Positions 1 through 9,705 are shown, counted from the stretch's first letter. The stretch: 64,000 bases of DNA from Candidatus Poribacteria bacterium (GCA_963667805.1 OY764016.1:2077381-2141380), one strand, 5' to 3'. The notes: generated by a model not told the origin, from the letters alone. A program made the numbers and translations.

Positions 1-724
1 TCGTGTAAACCTGTTCTGCGGTGTCGGTATAACTGAGGTATTGAAACCCAGCGTTTTCAAAACATATCAGTGCGGGTCCGTTGTCAGGTGATACTTGTAG
101 TGTGATGTGTTCAGCTCCCAACCGTTCAAATGCGTAGTGGACCACTTCAAGAAGCGCGTCTGTGCCGTATCCACGAGCGCGATAATCCGGTCGAATGATG
201 ACGAATTTGAGGGTAACAGTGTCTACGCCATAGTGAAGGAGTGTAAATCCGATGAGCAGACGAGTCGTCCGGATCTCAATAGCCAAGGCATGCATCCGTT
301 CATTTCCCACCCAACCGTGCCAATCTTCGAGAAACGTTTCAAATGAGACCTGTGTTGCGTAAAGGAGTTGCCTGATACCCGGTCGGTTTATCCATCCCCA
401 AATTCGGCGGAGCTCATTTTCAGCGACTTGTCGGAGCCGAATACCGCCCCCATGCAGCCGTTCCAACTGACGCAACTGACTTCTCAAGCCCTCCAATTGC
501 GAGGAGTGCGCGCCGACTTGCGCCCCGGCGGCTCGAATCATACGCTGATTCGGACGATCCATGAATTGTGCTTGTTTCACGCGGTTCTGGAAATATCCGA
601 GTTTCTGCTCACTCCTTTCAATAATACGCATCAAGTTCTGAATGGCATCTTCCCATTTTTGTAGATCAGCGTTTACGTCGTCGCGTTTTTCGGTCGGTTC
701 TTCTTTTATCTGAGTTTCGTTCAT
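1..724 (-). CDS. GNAT family N-acetyltransferase (RimJ/RimL-like C-terminal domain, helical N-terminus); runs off the window edge
   Basis: Not in the ORF track because it has no stop inside the window. Translated by hand: ATG at 724 behind GGGAG, MNETQIKEEPTEKRDDVNADLQKWEDAIQ...PDYRARGYGTDALLEVVHYAFERLGAEHITLQVSPDNGPALICFENAGF. This carries the acetyl-CoA motif RxxGxG and the N-x-x-A-x-x-x-F-E-x-x-G-F motif. Overlaps the rsgA 3' end by 59 nt. Confidence 0.8.
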   Translation of the reverse strand, partial: MNETQIKEEPTEKRDDVNADLQKWEDAIQNLMRIIERSEQKLGYFQNRVKQAQFMDRPNQRMIRAAGAQVGAHSSQLEGLRSQLRQLERLHGGGIRLRQVAENELRRIWGWINRPGIRQLLYATQVSFETFLEDWHGWVGNERMHALAIEIRTTRLLIGFTLLHYGVDTVTLKFVIIRPDYRARGYGTDALLEVVHYAFERLGAEHITLQVSPDNGPALICFENAGFQYLSYTDTAEQVYT

Positions 725-1679
725 ATCTCCCTTCCTTGAATCCAGAGATCCGGAGGTAACTTTCATATCGGATCGGACTAATATCCCCAGCTTCAACCGC
801 TTGCTTGACAGCACACGCGGGTTCGTGTTGGTGCGTGCATGCAGCGAATTTGCACTCCGGAATATAGGGCCGCATCTCAGGAAAATGAATATCTAATCCC
901 TGTTCTTCATCCACTTCAAGCAAGCCGAGCGTTCGGATACCGGGTGTATCGGCAACGAATCCACCGAATTTGAGCGGCAACAGCATGACCTCTGTTGTCG
1001 TATGCCGTCCTTTGTGGATGCGTGTATCCACCTCACCCGTGCGCAATTGAAGTCCGGGTTGCACGGCATTGAGCAGAGACGATTTCCCAACCCCCGATGA
1101 ACCTACAATTGCGGAAATCCTATCCTGCATCACGTTCCGCAATTCTTCAACCCCAACGCCGGTTACGATACTCGTATAAACCACTTTATAACCTAATTCT
1201 TCATATAATTTGAGTTCGCGTTGGACATTCTCGAATTTCGCCAAATCCAGTTTGTTAATACAGATAACGGGATCCACACCGGATGCCTCCGCGGTAACGA
1301 GAAATCTATCCAGCATTCGCAACTTGAGCGTCGGATGCCGTGCCGCAAAGATAATGAGGAGCATATCCAGGTTAGCAACAATAACCTGTCGCCAACCGTC
1401 CATGCGAATACGTCCAAACTGCGTGTCACGGGGCAGACATTCCTCAATGTATCCACTGTCCGCTGTGGACTCAGCCGTAGAAATGCGAACTCGGTCGCCG
1501 ACCGAGACGAGATCCACGTATGGCATCTCCTTTGTCTCAGCGAGCCGCCGTTTTTCATCTTCAATGAGGTGGTGCCGTAAGGCACAAGTGTAGCTTCGCT
1601 TGCCAACTTGTACCTCATAAGCACCACTTCGCGCTTTTATGACAATGCCTTCCACAGTCTCATTCAGAGGGAGCATCAA
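666..1679 (-). CDS. rsgA: Ribosome small subunit-dependent GTPase A
   Basis: OB-fold N-terminus, circularly permuted GTPase motifs NKLD, GSSGVGKSS, GRHTT and DTPG, and the C-terminal zinc finger CKFAACTHQHEPAC. Confidence 0.95.
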   Translation of the reverse strand: MMLPLNETVEGIVIKARSGAYEVQVGKRSYTCALRHHLIEDEKRRLAETKEMPYVDLVSVGDRVRISTAESTADSGYIEECLPRDTQFGRIRMDGWRQVIVANLDMLLIIFAARHPTLKLRMLDRFLVTAEASGVDPVICINKLDLAKFENVQRELKLYEELGYKVVYTSIVTGVGVEELRNVMQDRISAIVGSSGVGKSSLLNAVQPGLQLRTGEVDTRIHKGRHTTTEVMLLPLKFGGFVADTPGIRTLGLLEVDEEQGLDIHFPEMRPYIPECKFAACTHQHEPACAVKQAVEAGDISPIRYESYLRISGFKEGRYERNSDKRRTDRKTRRRKR

Positions 1680-1701
1680 AGAAATCCTCGTTCAACAGTG
1701 C

Positions 1702-1965
1702 CTAAGCACCAGGGTTCCGCCAGATAATGCGGCCACGCGTCAGGTCATACGGAGAAAGTTCAAGGGTAACCTGGTCGCCGGGAAGCACCCAAATCTTGTG
1801 TTGCATCAGCTTACCAGCGAGGTATGCCACAACTTTGTGGTCGTTTTCTTCTAATTTCACCTGAAATAGGTTCCCGGGTAGGGATTCCATAACAGTTCCG
1901 AAGACGCGAATCGCTGCATCTTTAGTGGCTTCACGGGTTTTGGTCGTCGCATTTTCATTTTTCAT
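1702..1965 (-). CDS. infA: Translation initiation factor IF-1
   Basis: GTVMESLPGNLFQV...GDQVTLELSPYDLTRGRII is the IF-1 signature. Confidence 0.95.
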   Translation of the reverse strand: MKNENATTKTREATKDAAIRVFGTVMESLPGNLFQVKLEENDHKVVAYLAGKLMQHKIWVLPGDQVTLELSPYDLTRGRIIWRNPGA

Positions 1966-2052
1966 TTTCTATTCTCCTCTTTTTTTTATCACTGTTTGTT
2001 ACCTTTAACACTTTATTGGATGCACTTTATTAACGAATTGTTCGGAAAAAAG

Positions 2053-2081
2053 TTGACATCCAGCCCGAAAAGTTGTAAAAT
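2053..2081 (+). promoter_or_regulatory. sigma70-type promoter of phyH-eamA
   Basis: TTGACA (2053-2058), 17-nt spacer, TAAAAT (2076-2081), about 50 nt upstream of the ATG at 2132. Confidence 0.75.
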
Positions 2082-2131
2082 ACACGCGTAGGAGATTCCA
2101 TTTTGAGTTTTTTATAAAAGGAGAAAAAACA

Positions 2132-2935
2132 ATGAGCCAAGCCTTACCGCTTGTAGCCTATCCTGACCTCGAAGGCCAAGTCAAGGCGATGGAGGAAGAC
2201 GGATACGCCTATCTACCGAAGGTTATCGAAGGCGAACAACTTGCGGAACTTCGTGCTGCCATGGATCGGTTAACCGCAATTCCCGAGAGTTTTGATCGGC
2301 ACGGCACCCCAGAGAATGGAAACGGTTTCCTTAACAAACACATCAATAACGCCTTCAACCGCGACCCTGTCTTCTTAGAATACTTGGATTTGTCCCCAGT
2401 TATCGAATTGGCAGAGGCAGTGCACGGTGAGGATTGTCACGTCATCGGTATGACAGCATGGGTAACGGGACCTGGGCGTCCCGATCAAGGGTTGCACGCA
2501 GATTGGCTTCCGATCCCATTGCCAACGGATATTCTGGAAGATCCACGCGTCAAGGTGCCAATTTTCATTTCAACCGCACACTACTACTTGGATGACCTTT
2601 ACGAAGACCTCGGTCCAACAAAATTCATTCCGGGTAGCCATCTCTCCGGACGGAGACCCGACGGCGCGACGGAATGGAAAGGGGCAACAGAAAAGAGTAT
2701 CCTCTGCAATTCCGGTGATGTCGTGCTTTTCCGAAGTGAAGTCTGGCATCGAGGCACAGCAAACCGTAGCGACCAAACCCGCTACCTCTTACAAGTGCAT
2801 TACGCGAATCGGATGATCACCCAGAAATACCCACCTTATCTGAACCGGTTTCAGTTCAATTCAGACATCTTAGAACAGGCAACGGAACGTCAACAACGAT
2901 TAATGGGCAATCACCGCCCCGGCGCCTACGATTGA
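2132..2935 (+). CDS. Phytanoyl-CoA dioxygenase (PhyH) family Fe(II)/2-oxoglutarate oxygenase
   Basis: HxD (LHADW), GPTKFIPGSH, GDVVLF...WHRG...R facial-triad pattern; AAGGAG RBS. Confidence 0.88.
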   Translation: MSQALPLVAYPDLEGQVKAMEEDGYAYLPKVIEGEQLAELRAAMDRLTAIPESFDRHGTPENGNGFLNKHINNAFNRDPVFLEYLDLSPVIELAEAVHGEDCHVIGMTAWVTGPGRPDQGLHADWLPIPLPTDILEDPRVKVPIFISTAHYYLDDLYEDLGPTKFIPGSHLSGRRPDGATEWKGATEKSILCNSGDVVLFRSEVWHRGTANRSDQTRYLLQVHYANRMITQKYPPYLNRFQFNSDILEQATERQQRLMGNHRPGAYD

Positions 2936-2985
2936 TCCCAAATTTTTCAGCGCCCAATGACCTCCACCGAGGATAACAGCTTCCC

Positions 2986-3906
2986 TTGAATAGAAAAGCA
3001 ACCATCGGGACACCGCCAACACCGAGCGTTATCAGCGAGGAGCCGCACGGGAAAATTATTGCCCTCAGTCTGCTCCTCGCGTTTCTTTGGGGCGGGAATT
3101 CGCCTTCCATCAAGATCGGCTTGGCAGATTTCCCTCCAATGGCACTGGCGTTCCTCCGTTTCGTGATTGGGCTTGTCGTTATTGGGGGGTGGGCACTCTA
3201 TCGCGGTGTCTCACTTCGTTTGCGCAAGGGTGAACTCCCTCGATTGCTGTTGCTGACAACGATTTTCATCCTCCAAATCATCTGCCTAAACACCGGCACC
3301 CTATTCACGACCGCCTCCCGATCCACCATTTTTATTAACGTCTATCCCTTTTTCACGGCGCTCTTTGCGCATTTCTGGATTCCCGGCGAACGTCTCTCCG
3401 TTCCAAAGACCTTGGGAATCGTTGTCGCTTTCAGTGGTGTCTTCGTAACCGTTGCCCCGAACCTCGGCGAAGGCGAAACGAGCGTCCTCGGTGACCTCGT
3501 CGTGCTTGTGAGTGGATGTTTTTTAGGACTCCGCGTTGTCGTGACGAAACTGCTCATCCAGTCGATCCATCCGTATCGCCTCTTGGCGTGGCTGCTCACC
3601 TTGAGTCTCCCGTGCTATGTCACCATGAGTTTAGTTTTTGAGCGTGGACTGCCGATGCAACTGACACTCAGGAGTAGTGCGGCTTTACTCTATCAAGGCG
3701 GTGTTATCGCGGGTTTCTGTTTTTTAGCGTGGACTGCGGTGCTTGAAAGGTATAGTGCGAGTAAACTCGTTGTGCTTTTTTTCGCAACGCCACTGTCGGG
3801 AGTTGTGTTTAGCTACGTGTTTTTAGGCGACGAGTTGACGCTTAGCTTATTGGTGGGTGCCGTTCTCGTAGCCGCTGGGATTTATCTGGTGAATATGCGG
3901 CGTTGA
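2986..3906 (+). CDS. DMT superfamily EamA-type transporter
   Basis: About 10 hydrophobic helices in two repeats; LWGGN, P..LAFLRF, PGERL, LGDELT motifs. Confidence 0.85.
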   Translation: MNRKATIGTPPTPSVISEEPHGKIIALSLLLAFLWGGNSPSIKIGLADFPPMALAFLRFVIGLVVIGGWALYRGVSLRLRKGELPRLLLLTTIFILQIICLNTGTLFTTASRSTIFINVYPFFTALFAHFWIPGERLSVPKTLGIVVAFSGVFVTVAPNLGEGETSVLGDLVVLVSGCFLGLRVVVTKLLIQSIHPYRLLAWLLTLSLPCYVTMSLVFERGLPMQLTLRSSAALLYQGGVIAGFCFLAWTAVLERYSASKLVVLFFATPLSGVVFSYVFLGDELTLSLLVGAVLVAAGIYLVNMRR

Positions 3907-3934
3907 TACCGACACATCGATTTCACTTTTTTAT

Positions 3935-4717
3935 TTACTGCTTTTCAAGCAAGCGTTCTATTTCCAGTCTGTATGCGGAGTCGGGGGCGTCCTTGAGATG
4001 TTGCGCAAAGACGCTCTGTGCGGCGGCTTTATCTCCGAATTCCAAATACACTTTACCAAGTCCATACAAGACTTCGGCAGTGTAAACACGACTGGACGTT
4101 CTCTGTTTGATGGTCTCGATCCGTTGCTTCAATTGTGCAAACGTCTGTCGTGCGGCGGCTTTATCCCCGAGTTGCAAATACACTTTACCAAGTCCAAACA
4201 GGGCTTCCGCGGTGTCATCAACAAAGCCGAGGGAGGTTTTCGCGGGGAAGTCCCCGTCAAGACGATTATGCCTGAGTATCTCAAGGAGTGTTTCAAATTT
4301 TGCCCGGGCTTCTTCATAGCGTTCCTGCTTGAAAAGGATGTAACCCCAGAGATAAAGCGGCTCTGTCTGATTCAAAGGGAGTATCGCCGTTTGGTAACTC
4401 TCTTTAACGGCTGCCTCGGCTTTGAGATAGGGGGAAACATCACCTTCCGTTTCTGCCAACTTCGCATAGCAAAAAGCAATACCGTAATTTAACAGTGTAA
4501 GGAATTCGACATTAATGATCTTTGTATCATCCGGGAAGTGAGGGAACTTTTTCGCAGCCGCCTCGTACTTAGCAATCGCTGCGCGATATTTACCCTCATA
4601 TCGCAGCCACTCGGCATCGTACACATCCTTATATAAATTCGGTTGTCTACATCCGGGCAGCCCCGTCATCAGAATACCCACAAGACTTATGCCAAATATC
4701 TTTATCCGAAGGGACAT
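3935..4717 (-). CDS. TPR-repeat lipoprotein (paralogue of 8095-8985)
   Basis: Start moved to MSLRIKIFG (4717, AAGGAG RBS). Lipobox-like LPG-C. TPR consensus ALFGLGKVYLQLGDKAAARQTF occurs twice; YLWGYILFKQERYEEARAKF. Confidence 0.75.
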   Translation of the reverse strand: MSLRIKIFGISLVGILMTGLPGCRQPNLYKDVYDAEWLRYEGKYRAAIAKYEAAAKKFPHFPDDTKIINVEFLTLLNYGIAFCYAKLAETEGDVSPYLKAEAAVKESYQTAILPLNQTEPLYLWGYILFKQERYEEARAKFETLLEILRHNRLDGDFPAKTSLGFVDDTAEALFGLGKVYLQLGDKAAARQTFAQLKQRIETIKQRTSSRVYTAEVLYGLGKVYLEFGDKAAAQSVFAQHLKDAPDSAYRLEIERLLEKQ

Positions 4718-4800
4718 AGGGATCTCCTTAGCAATGTGGAAAGAGACGCAAAAACGCCTCCTGGAATGTGCAAAATCTGTTAGGATCAACTTGTGTTACG

Positions 4801-5346
4801 CTAATAGAACTTCAGAGATTCGCGGTTCCAGTATTTCCGATTCGGGTAATTCGTTTGAAGAAAGTTCAGCAGGCGATATTCGAGTCGTTCGGGGGTGCCG
4901 CTGGCATCCAAACGGATGATAAAGTACACACCATCGGCGTCTGTTCCGTCATCGCCATCCATCCCGATGACGTAAAGTTGTTCGGGTTCGAGAGGGACGG
5001 CTTTCACTTCCTCTTGATAACCGGGTGGCACTTCCCCGTAGGTCAAACAAGAAACCGGGGATGTCAACAGGCCCCTAACGAAATTATCAGAAGATTTATA
5101 TTTCAACCGCCAAACCGTCCGTTCTTTCTCACCAGAGAAACGTCGTACTTTGTCAACTTCAATACTTCCAACGCTCAACGGTTCTTGAAAATATGGATCT
5201 TGATACATACAGAACGTCGGCTGCATCACTGACGACCCCCAATCAATGGTGACAAACCGAAGGGGCGGCTGGCATCCAAGAAAACCCCAGACGCAACTGA
5301 TGAGAAGACTCACGCCTGCAACGGTAATATCAATTCTATCTTTCAT
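4801..5346 (-). CDS. Putative lipoprotein, MKDRID family (paralogue of 9106-9705)
   Basis: Start MKDRIDIT behind GGAGG (upstream ATG at 5388 is an alternative). Lipobox-like FLG-C. Shares SSVMQPTFC.YQ, L.Y..VP.GY...VK..PLEPEQLYV and FIIRLDASG.P.RLEY with 9106-9705. Confidence 0.65.
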   Translation of the reverse strand: MKDRIDITVAGVSLLISCVWGFLGCQPPLRFVTIDWGSSVMQPTFCMYQDPYFQEPLSVGSIEVDKVRRFSGEKERTVWRLKYKSSDNFVRGLLTSPVSCLTYGEVPPGYQEEVKAVPLEPEQLYVIGMDGDDGTDADGVYFIIRLDASGTPERLEYRLLNFLQTNYPNRKYWNRESLKFY

Positions 5347-5507
5347 TTCATCTACCTCCGGGTATTCAAGGTGGACATCTTGATTCATTGCCGTCTGATG
5401 CTGTTTCCTATTTTATCATTTTTCTCGAAAGTGTATAGCATATATTACAGAAATTTTGGAGCCTAAACCCAACAGACCCCAAGGCACTCCGGCACTTGAC
5501 ACAATCT

Positions 5508-6032
5508 CTAAAACATACCTGCGTACAGTAGCAGCATCGCAAGGACAAAACCTACGTTGCCGGCGATAGAGCCTTTCGTTACGAGTGTTTTGCGGAGCGA
5601 GGCGATTTCTGATTTATAGATTTGGGTATAAGCCTCGATATACTCAGGGGATTTGCCGAGGAGCCGCTCGGGGGGTGGCGTTGCGTTGTGGGGATACATG
5701 TGCACACCGAGCGGCACTGCCAAGCCACCCAGAAGGATAGCAAGTCCGGCAGCACAACCCGCTTGGGAAGGAAAGGGTATAAGCAAAATATCAGACCCTC
5801 CATACGGATCCAACCGTGCGCCTAACAAACATCCTCCGGCGCAACCAAGGAGACATCCCGCAGTGCTCCCCAACCCTCCTAACAGGGACCACATAGTTCC
5901 TGACATACCTGACATATCGGCTTTCGCATCGGCTTTCGCCTGGACTTGCACGGCATCCTGTTGTGCAAGGCTAACAGGCATCGTGCTGAAAATTAGTAGG
6001 GTCGCCATGAGAAGGACAGATATACGGAACAT
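5508..6032 (-). CDS. Glycine-zipper membrane protein, PERLLGKSPEY family (copy 5)
   Basis: Signal peptide ending SLA-QQ; GLGSTAGCLLGCAGGCLLG helix; PPPERLLGKSPEY motif. Confidence 0.7.
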   Translation of the reverse strand: MFRISVLLMATLLIFSTMPVSLAQQDAVQVQAKADAKADMSGMSGTMWSLLGGLGSTAGCLLGCAGGCLLGARLDPYGGSDILLIPFPSQAGCAAGLAILLGGLAVPLGVHMYPHNATPPPERLLGKSPEYIEAYTQIYKSEIASLRKTLVTKGSIAGNVGFVLAMLLLYAGMF

Positions 6033-6085
6033 AGAGTATCTCCTTGAAGTGTTGCGAATTCGTAAAGAGTTCAGTTTCCTAATTG

Positions 6086-6616
6086 CTATCTATTAGCAGT
6101 ATTATCCAGCAGTAGCATCGCACCGATACCTAAGTTAGCGGTGATGGACCCTGCGGTTACCCATCTTTTCCGAAGCGATATTGTTTTGGATCTGTAAGCC
6201 TGAAGGTAGACTTTGACGTATTCAGGGGATTTGCCGAGGAGTCGCTCCAAGGGCGGACTTGGATTATGCGGATATATGAAAATAGCGGTTGGCACTGTCA
6301 AAATACCGCAAAGGATAGCACCTGCAATGGTGCAACTCTCCAGCGGATCGTCAGAGATAAAAGATATACAGTTTGTCTCCGAAATCCCACCGATGAGTAA
6401 TCCGAATAAAAACCCTCCAGTCCCGCCAGCAGCACACCCTATACCACTACTCATCAATCCTGACAGAAACCACAAACTTTCTCTCATATCACGGTTTACA
6501 TCCCTGTGGGCATCGGCTTCTGCTTGTGCTTGCAAGGACTGCTGCTGTGCGAGACTGACAGGTGTCGTGCCGAAAAGCAGTAAGGTTGCCATGAAAAAGG
6601 CGGGTATACGGAACAT
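6086..6616 (-). CDS. Glycine-zipper membrane protein, PERLLGKSPEY family (copy 4)
   Basis: Same architecture; closest to 10315-10818 (both have HRDVNRDMRESLWFLSGL). Confidence 0.7.
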   Translation of the reverse strand: MFRIPAFFMATLLLFGTTPVSLAQQQSLQAQAEADAHRDVNRDMRESLWFLSGLMSSGIGCAAGGTGGFLFGLLIGGISETNCISFISDDPLESCTIAGAILCGILTVPTAIFIYPHNPSPPLERLLGKSPEYVKVYLQAYRSKTISLRKRWVTAGSITANLGIGAMLLLDNTANR

Positions 6617-6679
6617 CAGGTTTCCTCACAGAATGTTGTTGTCTTCGTTCTTATGTCACTTCTCTTATTCTTTCAGTCC

Positions 6680-7141
6680 CTAACGTCCTTTACCCGCTAA
6701 ATACGGCGGTCGCCTTCGTGCCGTCTCCAGATCCTTTAGACGAATGAAGGGCCATGCTTCGAGATCGCCCGCAGCAGCGTCCAACAATTCCTTGCTACTG
6801 TATTCAGGCACACGCCCGAAGGTAACCAGATACCTCAACACCCCCAGGAACTTTTTCAGTGCACTGTGACGTGGCCATTGGTATTCCTGATCGGTTTTAA
6901 GGAACAGAACGCACTTCGCGATTTCCCGTCGTTCATCATCTGATGCTCTATATTCCTCGGTAAGGGTATGTTCATCGAAGTCATCATAAAGGGGCCATGC
7001 CGCAAGCCGCCATATTTCGTAAATAGCAAGATCTTTTGGTGACAGTGAAATCTGATCTTCAAACGCATCATTCGTTATTTGACCAGCTACAAAGTGACGA
7101 AGGAGCTCTGCGAATTCATCCCTTGCTTTTCTATCGACCAT
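6680..7141 (-). CDS. Hypothetical cytoplasmic protein inserted in the cassette
   Basis: 153-aa ORF co-oriented with its neighbours, upstream GAGG; no family recognised. Confidence 0.6.
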   Translation of the reverse strand: MVDRKARDEFAELLRHFVAGQITNDAFEDQISLSPKDLAIYEIWRLAAWPLYDDFDEHTLTEEYRASDDERREIAKCVLFLKTDQEYQWPRHSALKKFLGVLRYLVTFGRVPEYSSKELLDAAAGDLEAWPFIRLKDLETARRRPPYLAGKGR

Positions 7142-7280
7142 TTCTATTTTACCTCATCTTCCTTGCGCAATAAATCTCGGTGTCGGTGAAGGTGCCATCA
7201 TCCATATTTGCGCTGATTTTCGTTAGTTACATTTACTGCTTCCTTATGCTTTTGACACATTGTGTCGGCTTAGGTGCGGT

Positions 7281-7775
7281 TCAGCTACCAAGCCCGAACC
7301 GGGCTATCAAAGTCATAACGCCCAAGTTGCTGGCGATAGACCCTGCGGTTACGAATATTTTGCGGAGGAGTACTGTTCTGGATTTATAGGCATGGGTATA
7401 AGCCTCAATATATTCAGGCGATTTTCCGAGAAGTCGCTCCGGCGGTGGCGTTACATTGTGTGGGTATCTGAAAACAGCAATTGGCACGGCGCAAACACCG
7501 AGAAGCACAGCACCTGCGAGGGCGAAATTTGCTTGGCTGTTACTGGATTCATAACTGGGTCCTCCTAACAAAAATCCTCCGACACAGCCGAGGAAGCATC
7601 CCGCAGCGCTCCCCACTCCCCCTAATAAAAATAACCTGGCTTTTGACCTATCTGACATATCAGCACTCGCATCGGCTTCCGCCTGTGCTTGGACGGTCTG
7701 CTGCTGCGCGAGACTGACAAGCGTCGTGCCGAAAAGCAGTAAGGTTGCCATGAAAAAGGCGAGTATATGGGACAT
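7281..7775 (-). CDS. Glycine-zipper membrane protein, PERLLGKSPEY family (copy 3)
   Basis: Start moved to MSHILAFF (AGAGG RBS); closest to 9786-10286 (ADASADMS, SQ.N..LAG.VLLGVCAVPI). Confidence 0.7.
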   Translation of the reverse strand: MSHILAFFMATLLLFGTTLVSLAQQQTVQAQAEADASADMSDRSKARLFLLGGVGSAAGCFLGCVGGFLLGGPSYESSNSQANFALAGAVLLGVCAVPIAVFRYPHNVTPPPERLLGKSPEYIEAYTHAYKSRTVLLRKIFVTAGSIASNLGVMTLIARFGLGS

Positions 7776-7794
7776 CAGGTTTCCTCTTTTATCT

Positions 7795-7965
7795 CTATTT
7801 TCGAAAGCGTAGCGTCTCAATGAGGGCAGTGCGCGTTAACCCGTGCCCTTTTTTATTATTCAGGATTTCCTCAAGGTTGTCAGCCATGAGAGCTGAAACT
7901 GGAAATTGTTTATCGACGGCGGTTTCCAGTAGCCAATACTCGCCGCGGGTAAATCTGGGTTCCAT
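7795..7965 (-). pseudogene. 5' fragment of an MEPRFTRGEYW-family gene
   Basis: MEPRFTRGEYWLLETAVDKQFPVSALMADNLEEILNNKKGHGLTRTALIETL then reads into the upstream spacer of the next gene and stops; full-length paralogues are 222-246 aa. Confidence 0.8.
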
Positions 7966-7989
7966 ACCGTTGTTCCTTTCGTTTTGGGG

Positions 7990-8070
7990 TGATATTGATT
8001 TTTTCGCTTCAGTCGATTTGACTAAATCCCGCAAGGTAATGGGCGTATCACCAAACTGTCCATAGGACGC
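7990..8070 (-). pseudogene. 3' remnant of a DUF1493-like gene
   Basis: TPITLRDLVKSTEAKK matches TPLYLRDLVKSAEAKK at the end of 12631-13320; DNA 'gatttgactaaatc' is shared. Confidence 0.65.
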
Positions 8071-8094
8071 GCGGGTTTGTGTCGGCAAGGTTTA

Positions 8095-8985
8095 CTACTT
8101 TTCAAGGAAGCGTTGGACTTCCGCCTTATGCAACGAGTTGGGGTAGTGCTCCAGCAGCTGCGTAAATATGTGTCGTGCGGCGACTTCATCTCCGAGTTCC
8201 AGATACGCTTTACCAAGCCCATATAAGAAATCATGTCCAACATGATAAAACGCCTTCTGCCAGTGGGTCTTAATTAACTCCTCAAGTTGGGCTAATACGC
8301 GTCGTGCGGCGACTTCATCACCGAGTTCCAGATACACTTTACCAAGCGCAACCAAAGTTTCATAGTGATCATAAAGGAACATATAAGGCGGCCCGTCGGC
8401 AGGCGGCGGACGCTGCTCAAGCTGCGCATATACACGTTGTGCGGCGACTTCATCACCGAGTTCCAAATACACTTTACCAAGCGCGAATAAGGCATCTACC
8501 TCCAGGAAAGTCTCAAGGAGTGCCTTGAATTTTGCGCCAGCTTCTTCATAGCGGGCTTGCTTGAAAAGGATATAGCCCCAAAGATAGAGCGCATCTGCCT
8601 GATTGGAAGGGTTAATCGCCGTTTCATAGCACTCCGTGGCTGCTGCTTCGGCTTTGCTATAGAGGGAAACATCGCCTTCGACTTCTGCCAACTGGGTATA
8701 GCAAAAAGCGATACTATATTTCAAGTGCATAAGGACTCCGACATGGATGACCTCTCTATCAAAGGCGGATTGAAGGTGCTTTTTAGAAACTTGCTCATAC
8801 TTCGCGAGTGCCGCCTTGTATCTACCACTCTCTCGTAGGTCTTGGGCTTTATATAGATCCGAGTATAGTGCCGAGTGCGGATTCGAGCTATGAAAAGTAG
8901 CCGGAAAAAGACATCCACACCCTAACAGTCCTATCGCCAGAACACCTACAATGCTTATGCCAAATCCCTTTATTACAATGGACAT
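8095..8985 (-). CDS. TPR-repeat lipoprotein (paralogue of 3935-4717)
   Basis: Lipobox-like LLG-C; three copies of LGK(V/A)YLELGDEVAA; ALYLWGYILFKQARYEEA. Confidence 0.78.
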   Translation of the reverse strand: MSIVIKGFGISIVGVLAIGLLGCGCLFPATFHSSNPHSALYSDLYKAQDLRESGRYKAALAKYEQVSKKHLQSAFDREVIHVGVLMHLKYSIAFCYTQLAEVEGDVSLYSKAEAAATECYETAINPSNQADALYLWGYILFKQARYEEAGAKFKALLETFLEVDALFALGKVYLELGDEVAAQRVYAQLEQRPPPADGPPYMFLYDHYETLVALGKVYLELGDEVAARRVLAQLEELIKTHWQKAFYHVGHDFLYGLGKAYLELGDEVAARHIFTQLLEHYPNSLHKAEVQRFLEK

Positions 8986-9105
8986 AATGATCTGTCATTT
9001 GCTTTCTTCTTCGATGAAGATTAAAAAATCAACTCGGTAATTTTCGGTTATGTGTCATTGGCGAGGTTAGGAACCCTCCCCAGCAAGGGGCTACGTAAGT
9101 CTTAA

Positions 9106-9705
9106 CTAATAGAGTTTCAGGTTATATTGCGGATTAAGTGAGAGATAGACGCTTCGGCTATATTCCAACCGGTCAGGGATGCCTGACGCATCCAAACGGA
9201 TGATAAAATGCAGACGTTCTGGTAGCCAAGCATTATCATCAAGTCCCCAAATCTCAGCAACATAAAGTTGTTCGGGTTCGAGAGGTATGGGTTTCACTTT
9301 CTGTTTATAGCCCAATGGCACTTGCCTGTAAGCCAGACAAGAAACAGCTGGGGGAGGCTGCCGCCTCAAAGGTCTATTCATGAAAGTATCAGCGACTTTA
9401 TATTCTATCCACCAAACCATTTCTCCCTCGTCCCTCTGCCAGCCGAGTCCTTGTTGCCAACTGAGTGCTTGTCGCTTGTTATTTTTAGGGGAACTTAGCA
9501 CCTTCCAAACTTTGATACTCTCAATGTCTAACCGTTCTTGAAGGGATCGCCCTTGATACGCGCAGAATGTCGGCTGCATCACTGACGACTCCGAATCGAC
9601 ATGCGCAGCAACCACCACAAACTTCGGCGTGCATCCAACGCAAACCAAGACGCAGGTGATGAGAAGGCTCACGAGTACAATAGTAAGATCGATTCTATCT
9701 TTCAT
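9106..9705 (-). CDS. Putative lipoprotein, MKDRID family
   Basis: Start MKDRIDLT behind GGAG; lipobox-like CVG-C; homologous to 4801-5346. Confidence 0.65.
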   Translation of the reverse strand: MKDRIDLTIVLVSLLITCVLVCVGCTPKFVVVAAHVDSESSVMQPTFCAYQGRSLQERLDIESIKVWKVLSSPKNNKRQALSWQQGLGWQRDEGEMVWWIEYKVADTFMNRPLRRQPPPAVSCLAYRQVPLGYKQKVKPIPLEPEQLYVAEIWGLDDNAWLPERLHFIIRLDASGIPDRLEYSRSVYLSLNPQYNLKLY

